Shown in pieces: positions 20,411 through 27,255 of a stretch of 27,255 nucleotides of DNA. Source of the stretch: Pseudomonadota bacterium. GTDB taxonomy: Bacteria; Bdellovibrionota_B; Oligoflexia; Oligoflexales; CAIYRB01. Positions within the stretch are counted from its first letter, which is position 1. The number at the start of each line of letters is the position of its first letter. The position numbers and the translations under genes are program-made. Location of the stretch: contig JANOTL010000142.1 in NCBI GenBank assembly GCA_031416315.1, positions 1-27,255 of the forward strand, written 5' to 3'. The notes below the pieces were generated by a model, which had not been told where the DNA came from, made no database searches, and saw only the letters and a program-made list of their open reading frames with translations.

Positions 20411-21859
20411 TTGCGCGTCCCGATCAAAATCCCGTTTCAAGGCCATCTCACCTTCGCTCTGGCGCTCGCCGTCGGCACGTTGGGCGGAGCGTGCGGGGGC
20501 GTGGGCGAAGGCGACGCGACCAAGTGCTCTATCTGCGGCACCTACGAAGACATCCGCGGTGCGATCTCGGACCAGAATGGCAATCAGGGCTTGGTGCTGC
20601 AGGGCTGGGCCATCGCCGCCTTCGAGCGCAACACCAACGTGGCGCGTGTGGCCGAGGTCGACGCCGCAGGCCTCTTCACGCTCTCGCACGTGGACATGAC
20701 GCAGCCGCAGACCCTGGCGCTGCTGTCGCCCGACTACCAGCTCGCAGGCGTCCTCTCGATGCCCAACAAGTCGCCCGCGACGATCCGACAGTACTTCACG
20801 TTCACGAAAAAAGAGCTGCCGCAGCTGATCAACAAAGGCCCGATCATCAGCTTCCAGAGCCTGGACGGCATCAAGATCAGCAAGGATCTCGCGTCCGACC
20901 AGAACTCCGACCAGGTTCCCGACGGCTCGGTCTCGATCGGCTCGAAGCCGGTCGGCTTGCACCTGGCGCCGGCGCAGTCCGACTCCGCCATCGACCTCGA
21001 CCAGGACGGTACCCGCAACGAGCAGGACCCGGACATCGACGGCGACGGCATCATCAACATTCTGGACCCCGACGACAACGGCAACGGCCAGCTCGACGTC
21101 TTCGACCCGGACGCCAACGGCGACTATTTCGCCGACAACACCCCGGGCCAGAGCGACACCGACCCCTTCTTCTCGATCGGCGTCGAGTACGTCTCGGTGC
21201 AGTTCGCCCTGGTGCCGAAGGAGGACGGGACCGGCAACGAGACCTCCCTCACCTTCCTGACGAAGGTCCGCAACGACGTGACCCCGCTGGTGGTCCAGAT
21301 CCGCGGTGCGCCCTCCCTTCTCAACAACTCCTACTTCTTTGGTCGGGACGCTGCGGGCCAGCCGCTGCAGACCGCCTTCAACCGCCTTTTGAGCGACGAC
21401 GGCCTCAGCAACGACGGCAAGGCGGGCGACCGCATCTTCGGCAAGCGGATCACACTCGACTCGGGCAAGACGCCGCGCCCCAACGAAGCGATCTTCTTCC
21501 AGCTCGCCTTCGGCAAGAAGGATGCCCCCTGGTACATGGAGTTTCCCTACGTCTTCCCGGAGCTGAAGCCGTCGGCGATCTCGGCCCAGTACGACGTCAA
21601 CACCAAGACGGTCCTCTTGGTCGGCAACCCGTTCGCCGAGTACCAGACCTTCCAGTGGATCACCTACGTCTACGACGAAGCCGGCCAGACCATCTGGACC
21701 TCGCAGGCCAGCGCCGGCGACAAGCGCACCATGACCATCCCCGAGCACATCTTCGACCCGGGCGCCAAGTACAAGTTCGCCCTGTCCGCCCAGGTTTTGG
21801 ACAAGATCCAGGGACACCCGGCCTACGCGGTCTTCACGAAAAAATACGACATCGAGTGA
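20411..21859 (+). CDS. Putative lipoprotein with thrombospondin-type-3-like DxDxDG Ca-binding repeats
   Basis: Hydrophobic signal ending LGGAC, CSIC, DLDQDG/DIDGDG/DDNGNG/DANGD, SDDGLSNDGKAGD motif, strong GC3 bias. Confidence 0.85.
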   Translation: MRVPIKIPFQGHLTFALALAVGTLGGACGGVGEGDATKCSICGTYEDIRGAISDQNGNQGLVLQGWAIAAFERNTNVARVAEVDAAGLFTLSHVDMTQPQTLALLSPDYQLAGVLSMPNKSPATIRQYFTFTKKELPQLINKGPIISFQSLDGIKISKDLASDQNSDQVPDGSVSIGSKPVGLHLAPAQSDSAIDLDQDGTRNEQDPDIDGDGIINILDPDDNGNGQLDVFDPDANGDYFADNTPGQSDTDPFFSIGVEYVSVQFALVPKEDGTGNETSLTFLTKVRNDVTPLVVQIRGAPSLLNNSYFFGRDAAGQPLQTAFNRLLSDDGLSNDGKAGDRIFGKRITLDSGKTPRPNEAIFFQLAFGKKDAPWYMEFPYVFPELKPSAISAQYDVNTKTVLLVGNPFAEYQTFQWITYVYDEAGQTIWTSQASAGDKRTMTIPEHIFDPGAKYKFALSAQVLDKIQGHPAYAVFTKKYDIE

Positions 21860-21914
21860 TGCCGGTGGTACCTTAACCGTTACACCAGGTACCGGTTACG
21901 GGAGCTTCCATCCG

Positions 21915-22073
21915 ATGCAGTTCTCGCGCGAAGATTTCCAGATCGAGTCCGTGCCCGATCTTTTGATGTTTCTGCCCATCGTCGTCTTCATGGGGCTCGT
22001 CGCACCGTTTCTGATCGCCGCTTATACGTTGGGCGCGATCATGGACATCACCGGCTGGCTCGAGACCGACTGA
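21915..22073 (+). CDS. Small membrane protein, 52 aa (not in ORF track)
   Basis: GGGAG RBS. MQFSREDFQIESVPDLLMFLPIVVFMGLVAPFLIAAYTLGAIMDITGWLETD has a long hydrophobic core. Confidence 0.7.
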   Translation: MQFSREDFQIESVPDLLMFLPIVVFMGLVAPFLIAAYTLGAIMDITGWLETD

Positions 22074-22197
22074 AAGTCTGTCGATAAACGGCCATCTGCC
22101 GCGCCGCCGCCCGCGCGCGAATCCTCATTTACCCGGTGTAAACTCCGGTCCGCGCGCGGGCGGCGACACGACAGCTGACCATATATCGACAGACTTT
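22073..22197. repeat. 125-bp palindromic MITE/RPE-like element
   Basis: Perfect 14-bp terminal IR AAAGTCTGTCGATA/TATCGACAGACTTT, inner 15-bp IR CGCCGCCCGCGCGCG, core CTCATTTAC-N5-GTAAACTCCG. Confidence 0.85.
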
Positions 22198-22199
22198 GG

Positions 22200-22784
22200 T
22201 CATTTGAACTTGCCGAGCAGCCCTTCCAGTGACGCCACCGTCACCGGCCCAACGACTTTGTGCCGGATGATGCCGCTCGCATCGATCAAGAAGGTCTCCG
22301 GCACGCCGGCGACCCCGTAATCGATCGCGGCTTTGCCGTCGACGTCCAATCCGAGCGCATACGTCTTCCCGTAGTACTTCGCGAACTTGATCGCCGCGTC
22401 GGTCTCGTCCTGGATCGCGACGCCGACGACGAGCACGTCCGCTTGGTGCTTCTGCCAGAAGGCCTCGAGCTCGGCCGCCTCCGCGCGGCAGCTCACGCAC
22501 CAGCTTGCCCAAAAGTTCAGGACGACCGGTCGACCCTTGATGTCCTCCAGGCGGAACCCAGACTCCGCTGCTTTCGGGATGTGCTTCTGTCCCGAAATCC
22601 AGGCCGCCGAGAATCCCTGCGCCGGCTTGCCGACGAAGACCGAGGGGATCCGCTTCGGATCCAGCGAAAGCCCGTAGGCTAGGAGGCCGACTAAAGCGAC
22701 GGCGGCGACGAGGATCCCGACGGTCGTGAGCGTGTGACGCCCCTTGCGCAGCTTGATCGCGGTCTGGTCTTCGGCAACGGTCAT
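22200..22784 (-). CDS. ccmG: CcmG/TlpA-type thiol:disulfide oxidoreductase
   Basis: N-terminal TM, DPKRIPS, LNFWASWCVSC, YGVAGVPETFLID, ccm context. Confidence 0.88.
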   Translation of the reverse strand: MTVAEDQTAIKLRKGRHTLTTVGILVAAVALVGLLAYGLSLDPKRIPSVFVGKPAQGFSAAWISGQKHIPKAAESGFRLEDIKGRPVVLNFWASWCVSCRAEAAELEAFWQKHQADVLVVGVAIQDETDAAIKFAKYYGKTYALGLDVDGKAAIDYGVAGVPETFLIDASGIIRHKVVGPVTVASLEGLLGKFK

Positions 22785-22788
22785 GGGC

Positions 22789-23241
22789 CTACTCTTTGAA
22801 GAGGGATTTCTCGATCAAGGCTTTGTCCATGGTCGAGTGGTCACCCACCTTCTTGTATTCCTCGGAGTGCTTCACCAGCAAGTTGCGCGAGACGATGTTG
22901 CGGCCGGCGTTCTCGAGACGGCCCTCGACGACGACGCCGGAGGCCTCTTTGAACATGTCCGGCGGCGTACCCTTGTGGGCCACCTCGATTTCGTGACCTT
23001 TGAGGTCCGTCAGCGTGAAGTTCAGGGCCAGGGCCTGAGGCTCCCATTTGACCGAGCCGGCCTTCACCATGCCGCCGACCTTGATGTTCTGCCCGGAAAG
23101 GTCCGCGGCCTTCGCCACCGCCTCGTCCGGCGTGTAGAAGTAGACTAGGTTCTCCCCGAGATTTATGAAAGAAATCGCGACGATGGCGGAGGCGATGACG
23201 ACGCCGCCGACGATCCAGCGCGAGGCGCTCTTTTGGGCCAT
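22789..23241 (-). CDS. ccmE: Heme chaperone CcmE
   Basis: NLVYFYTPDE, GGMVKAGS, PDMFKE, KHSEEY (HxxxY). Confidence 0.95.
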   Translation of the reverse strand: MAQKSASRWIVGGVVIASAIVAISFINLGENLVYFYTPDEAVAKAADLSGQNIKVGGMVKAGSVKWEPQALALNFTLTDLKGHEIEVAHKGTPPDMFKEASGVVVEGRLENAGRNIVSRNLLVKHSEEYKKVGDHSTMDKALIEKSLFKE

Positions 23242-23261
23242 GAAGTGAGTCTCCTGCTTGT

Positions 23262-23411
23262 TTAGCGACGGACGGCGGCGAGCAGCTGACGGAGGCGGCG
23301 GCGTTGGACGATGAGCGTCAGATAAAACCCGACAAACAGCACGGTGCCGAAAATGTAGGCGGCGGCAATGTAAGGGACCGGATCCGTTCCACCACCGAAA
23401 GGCGCGTCCAT
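23262..23411 (-). CDS. ccmD: Heme exporter protein CcmD, 49 aa (not in ORF track)
   Basis: AGGAGG RBS. MDAPFGGGTDPVPYIAAAYIFGTVLFVGFYLTLIVQRRRLRQLLAAVRR has YxxxAY, one TM and a basic tail. Lies between ccmC and ccmE. Confidence 0.85.
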   Translation of the reverse strand: MDAPFGGGTDPVPYIAAAYIFGTVLFVGFYLTLIVQRRRLRQLLAAVRR

Positions 23412-23437
23412 ATCGGGAAATCCTCCTGGAAACTTGA
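23410..23437 (-). promoter_or_regulatory. Possible internal sigma28-type promoter overlapping the ccmD RBS/start
   Basis: TCAAGTTT-N12-CCCGATAT, spacer one base longer than the other three sites. Confidence 0.4.
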
Positions 23438-23448
23438 GCCGAGTCGAA

Positions 23449-24141
23449 TCAGGCGCGCATCTGCTCGAAAGAGGCTCGCTCGACTTCCTCGCGCAGCGCC
23501 AGATTGCGGCCTCGAATCCACGCCAACACGCCCCCTGCGACGAGCTGGATCACGATGCCGACGAGGAGGGTGCGCAAGATCGCGGGGTCCATCGTCGAGC
23601 CGCCGTCACGCAGGATGCTCTGCGGCTGGTGCAAGGTGCGCCACCAGTTCACGCTTTGGTAAATGACCGGCACGTCGGCGGCGATCAGGATGCCGAGCAC
23701 CGCGCACGCTCGCACGCGCCCCGGTCCCGGCGCCATCGAGGAATACAGCATGAGCCAGCCCGCGAACAGAAGGGCCAGCATGAAGGTCGTCGTCAAGCGC
23801 GCGTCCCAGGTCCACCAAGTGCCCCACGTCGGCTTGCCCCAGATGGACCCCGTCGCCAGGGTCAGCACCGTCAGGATCAGGCCGACCTCGCAGATCGCGC
23901 GCGACCAAAGGAGGCTTTGCTCGCGCCGCTTGCGAAGCCCGACGACGCTGAACCACAGCAAGGCGAACGCCGAGGCGAAAGCCGCGAACGCCGACGGCAC
24001 GTGCAGGAAGATGATCCGATAGACCTCGCCCTGGTTCGCGTCCACCGGGGCATAGAGAAACCCCGCGAGCCACACGAGCGCCATCAGCGCCAGCGCCAAG
24101 GCGCCGACGACGAAATCGCGCAGATCTTCCCTAAGCATCAT
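23449..24141 (-). CDS. ccmC: Heme exporter CcmC
   Basis: YRIIFLHVP, TGSIWGKPTWGTWWTWDARLT WWD motif, WWRTLHQ. Confidence 0.95.
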   Translation of the reverse strand: MMLREDLRDFVVGALALALMALVWLAGFLYAPVDANQGEVYRIIFLHVPSAFAAFASAFALLWFSVVGLRKRREQSLLWSRAICEVGLILTVLTLATGSIWGKPTWGTWWTWDARLTTTFMLALLFAGWLMLYSSMAPGPGRVRACAVLGILIAADVPVIYQSVNWWRTLHQPQSILRDGGSTMDPAILRTLLVGIVIQLVAGGVLAWIRGRNLALREEVERASFEQMRA

Positions 24142-24835
24142 CCACGAGCTCGGTGAAAAGGAGGATTCCCAGTGTGAAGTATATAACATCGAAGCCCGTC
24201 AGAAGTCCCAGCCAAGCCTGCAGCGGCTGCGTCGTCTTGCCCGCCTCGAGATAGATGAGGGAAGCCTGAGTGGCGGCCAACAAAACGGGCGTCGTCAGCG
24301 GAAAATACAGCAGCGGATAGAGCACCTGGCGGGAATTGGCCTTAAGGGTGAGAGCCGACAGCAAGACGCCCAGGGCCGCGAGCCCCGCCAGAGCCAAGAG
24401 CGCGATCCCGCACACCACCCACGAGAAGACCGGCGCCTTGTCCGTGTGGTGCAGGAAGGCGCCGAAGAGAAGCGTCGGCACCAGCACCGCGACGCCCACG
24501 ATCATCACCAAGGTGTACTTCGCCAGATACCAGGCCGTGTGCGACACCGGGTAGGTGCGCAAGAGGTCGAAGACGCGGTCCTGCCGGTCCGGCTCGAAGA
24601 GCCGTGAGAAGCTCAGCTGCAGCGCGAAGAACGCCGTCAGGAAGGTCTCGGCGATGTAGATGCGCGCCTTGAGCGACGCGTCGACCTCGCCCAACGCGAA
24701 GCTGAAGAGGACGAGCATCGTCGCCGCGAACAAAGCGGGCGACACCAGACGCTCACGGTCCGCGAGCTCGGCTCTGAGCCCTTGAGTCACGAGCAGCAAG
24801 TACTGCTTCCACGCCGAGGCTGCCATCGCCGCCAT
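24131..24835 (-). CDS. ccmB: Heme exporter CcmB
   Basis: Multi-TM, LFSFALG, RLFEPDRQD, LYPLLYFPLTTPVLLAA. TGATG coupling to ccmA. Confidence 0.9.
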   Translation of the reverse strand: MAAMAASAWKQYLLLVTQGLRAELADRERLVSPALFAATMLVLFSFALGEVDASLKARIYIAETFLTAFFALQLSFSRLFEPDRQDRVFDLLRTYPVSHTAWYLAKYTLVMIVGVAVLVPTLLFGAFLHHTDKAPVFSWVVCGIALLALAGLAALGVLLSALTLKANSRQVLYPLLYFPLTTPVLLAATQASLIYLEAGKTTQPLQAWLGLLTGFDVIYFTLGILLFTELVDDA

Positions 24836-25473
24836 CAGCGCGCTCCCGCGAGATTCAAGGTCGCCGTGATCAGCCCCTTGAGCGGCGCCAGGTCGTGGCT
24901 CACGACGAGGCCCATGCCGCCGCGGCCCAGATGCTCGGAGAGCATCGTGACGAAGGTCGCGGTCGCCGCCGTGTCGAGCCCGTAAAACGGCTCGTCGAGC
25001 AGCCAAAGCGGCGCCGGCGATAAGGCGAGCCGCGCCAGCGCCAGGCGCCTTTTCATCCCGGTGGAGAATTTCTCCACGGGAAAATCATGGCGCAGCAAGG
25101 GATGGTTCAGGTTCCAGCGCTCGAGCTCGGCGAAAAGGCGCTCCATCGGCGTCTTGACGCCGCGCAGCTCCGTCCAGAAGGACAAGTTCTGCACTGCGTC
25201 CATCTTCATGTAGAGGCCGTTCGCCTCGGCCGGCAGATACTCGGCGAAACGCCGTCGATCCTCGGCGGCGGCGCTCGCGCCCGTCCCGGGGTAAAACTTC
25301 ACCTCGCCGGCGTCCGCGCCGAGGAGCCCGGCGATGATCGCCATCATCGTCGACTTGCCCGCGCCGTTCGGCCCCGACAGATGCAGGAGCTCGCCGCGCT
25401 TGACGTCGAAGCTTTGATCGCGGAACAGCGGCCTGAGCCGGAATCCGAAGGAGAGCCCCTTGACGCTCAGCAT
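24835..25473 (-). CDS. ccmA: Heme exporter ATP-binding CcmA
   Basis: GPNGAGKST, FSTGMKRRLALARL, LWLLDEPFYGLD, VVSH. Confidence 0.92.
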   Translation of the reverse strand: MLSVKGLSFGFRLRPLFRDQSFDVKRGELLHLSGPNGAGKSTMMAIIAGLLGADAGEVKFYPGTGASAAAEDRRRFAEYLPAEANGLYMKMDAVQNLSFWTELRGVKTPMERLFAELERWNLNHPLLRHDFPVEKFSTGMKRRLALARLALSPAPLWLLDEPFYGLDTAATATFVTMLSEHLGRGGMGLVVSHDLAPLKGLITATLNLAGAR

Positions 25474-25492
25474 GCTGTCCTGTGCGCGTGCC

Positions 25493-26668
25493 TCAGAACT
25501 CGGCGACGTTGACGTAGATGGATCCGATGAACCTACGTTCTACCACCTTCTCGTTGCCGACGCCAATGTCGACCGAGCTCATCGCCGCGTCCAGGGAGAT
25601 CAGGCCGACGTTGAGCGACAGGCCCGCCGAAGGGCCGGCCATCGAGTAGCCGGCGCGCACGCCGAAGATCGCGTAGGAGCCCGGGCCGCCGAGGAGGAGC
25701 TCGACGCCGGCGCGGAACTTCTTGGCCAGGGTCACCTCGTCGTCGAGGAGGCGGTCGGCGTCGAGGGCGAAGTTGAATTCACCGCTCTTGCCCACGGTCG
25801 GCGACAGGGAGAACTGCGCCCCGAGGTTCTGCTTCACGACCGGGGCCTCGCCCGTTCCCTTCGTCTTCTTGTACTTGGTGTTGCCCATGTCGCGCATGGC
25901 CAGGCCGAAGGTCGGCGTCGCCCGCTTTCCCATGCGCCAGGTGAGGCCGACGTTGTGGCCGGTGCCGGTTGACGTGGTGGCGTTTTCCTTCATGATCGTC
26001 TTGCGCGCTTCGGCGCTGATGATGTCGTTGTAGAGGAACGCGCCCTTCACCTCGTTGCGGTTGGCGACGTAGTTGAACGCGCCGAGGACCAAGGTCTCGT
26101 CAGGACTCGCCACGCTCCAGCCGATGCCGGCGCCGGTCGTGGTCATCTCGCGGAAGTCGATCAGGTTCGAGCCCTGTCCGCGCGGCGTCGCCGCCACCTG
26201 CAGATCGGTGTAGGGAAGGATCAGCGTTCGGCCGAGCACCATGCCGAGGTTGACGCCGAAGCGCGCATACTGGCGGTCGCCGGCGTTGGCGTCGACGATG
26301 GCCTTGCCGATGGTCGAGTCCTGGATCGCGCCTTTGCCGCGCGCCTCCTTCAGGAGCTCGGAGGAATGATCGTTGGCGGCCACCGCGAAGTGCGGGAAAT
26401 AGAGCTTTCGCACCCACGGCAGCTTCTGTTTGCCGAAGTGCCGCCCGCCGATCCCCGAAGGGTTCGTGAACGCCGCCTCGCGATCGTCGGCGACGTTGCC
26501 GACGGCGCCCGCCATCCCGGCGGCGCGCGGCATCAGGTACGGGTAGTCGTCGAGGCCGTCTTTCACCTTGGCCGCGGGCTCCGCCGGGACGCCGTCCGTC
26601 TGCGCGCGCGCTGGGACGCTCGTCAGCAGGGCGGATAACAAGAATTGATTGATGAGCCGACGCCGCAT
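25493..26668 (-). CDS. Outer-membrane beta-barrel, TraF/PorV/FadL-like
   Basis: Signal peptide ending ARA, PRAAGMAGA...ADDREAAFTNPSGI plug motif, amphipathic strands, C-terminal Phe. AAGAGG before ATG 26668. Confidence 0.8.
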   Translation of the reverse strand: MRRRLINQFLLSALLTSVPARAQTDGVPAEPAAKVKDGLDDYPYLMPRAAGMAGAVGNVADDREAAFTNPSGIGGRHFGKQKLPWVRKLYFPHFAVAANDHSSELLKEARGKGAIQDSTIGKAIVDANAGDRQYARFGVNLGMVLGRTLILPYTDLQVAATPRGQGSNLIDFREMTTTGAGIGWSVASPDETLVLGAFNYVANRNEVKGAFLYNDIISAEARKTIMKENATTSTGTGHNVGLTWRMGKRATPTFGLAMRDMGNTKYKKTKGTGEAPVVKQNLGAQFSLSPTVGKSGEFNFALDADRLLDDEVTLAKKFRAGVELLLGGPGSYAIFGVRAGYSMAGPSAGLSLNVGLISLDAAMSSVDIGVGNEKVVERRFIGSIYVNVAEF

Positions 26669-26687
26669 CGAAAGCCTCTTGTCCAAG

Positions 26688-26714
26688 GTTTCGGCGAGCT
26701 TTGGCGGAAAGTGA
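26688..26714 (-). promoter_or_regulatory. Sigma28 (FliA)-type promoter
   Basis: TCACT-N14-GCCGAAAC, ~20 nt upstream of the barrel gene ATG. Confidence 0.55.
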
Positions 26715-26748
26715 GCGGCTAGGCATAATCGCCAGCCTATTCGACCAC

Positions 26749-27255
26749 TTACCTTTTCAATTGCGGCAGGCAGGTCAAGGGCACCAGGGCGAATTTATAG
26801 AAGTCGCCCTCGTGGCACTCGAGCCGGCCGACGCCCGGATCTTCGGGTCCGGAATCGTAGATGTAGCGGCAACGACCCTTCATCCCGGGCGGCACCGAGC
26901 CGCGCGGCTGGAAGTAAGAGGCGCCCATCGTGTACGCGCCGCGCAGCGGGAGCGCCCAGGCCGTGCGGTCGTCGATCTGGCTATTCGGATCGGCGATCGG
27001 CTCGCCTTCCGCCACGTCCTTCTTGTTCGGCGACGGCGAGGCGTCTTGCGGCGCGCCCGCGCCTTCGCTGCCGTTGCCTTCGTCCTTCTGCTGCTGCTGC
27101 TCCGCAGCCTCCGCCACGCTCACCCTTTTGCCGCTGATCTGATTGAGGACGAGGTTGGGCACGCCCTCGGGCTGCGGCAACATCTCGTCGGTGTCGGGAA
27201 AGCGGACGATCCACGACTCGCCGCCGAGAAAGCGTACCGAAAGCCGTCGGCCGCC
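26749..27255 (-). CDS. Hypothetical protein, 5'-truncated by the window edge
   Basis: The frame stays open from 27255 (GGRRLSVRFLGGESWIVRFPDTDEM...). Low-complexity Q/E/G linker and Cys-containing C-terminus. Confidence 0.7.
   Translation of the reverse strand, partial: GGRRLSVRFLGGESWIVRFPDTDEMLPQPEGVPNLVLNQISGKRVSVAEAAEQQQQKDEGNGSEGAGAPQDASPSPNKKDVAEGEPIADPNSQIDDRTAWALPLRGAYTMGASYFQPRGSVPPGMKGRCRYIYDSGPEDPGVGRLECHEGDFYKFALVPLTCLPQLKR

Noticed and set aside
25493..26668. TraF-like gene as evidence of a conjugative element
   Set aside because: No other tra, relaxase or integrase genes. Such barrels are common on chromosomes.

Overview
GC-rich, gene-dense bacterial chromosomal region with no phage, CRISPR or transposase. 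Gene content and the sigma28-like TCAA-N-GCCGA(T/A)A motifs suggest a Bdellovibrionota/Oligoflexia-like deltaproteobacterium; this is inference only. Main blocks: (1) a coupled operon of a large lipoprotein with a degenerate PHP-like domain, deoA/pdp, punA and hpt; (2) a DUF4105/Lnb-like gene and a degenerate SGNH gene; (3) two small orphan genes, each behind a sigma54-like promoter; (4) a minimal kinase-like ORF and an SRPBCC gene; (5) khpA-nagZ-moxR-vWA-pepO; (6) a minus-strand run rnpB-trmB-small ORF-ybeY-CNNM/CorC-VanY-type peptidase; (7) an RNHCP protein and a Ca-repeat lipoprotein; (8) a TraF-like barrel followed by ccmABCDE-ccmG, without ccmF/H. Features absent from the ORF track: RNase P RNA with an 18-bp leader/trailer duplex, ccmD, a 52-aa membrane protein, two ~125-135 bp palindromic elements, a 9-nt-periodic REP-like repeat, four sigma28-like and two sigma54-like promoters. 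Best novelty candidates: three small proteins with an SspB-like V(V/I)xL..R/K motif, the pseudo-PHP lipoprotein heading the salvage operon, and the mini-kinase. All family calls come from motif recognition by eye; no searches were run.
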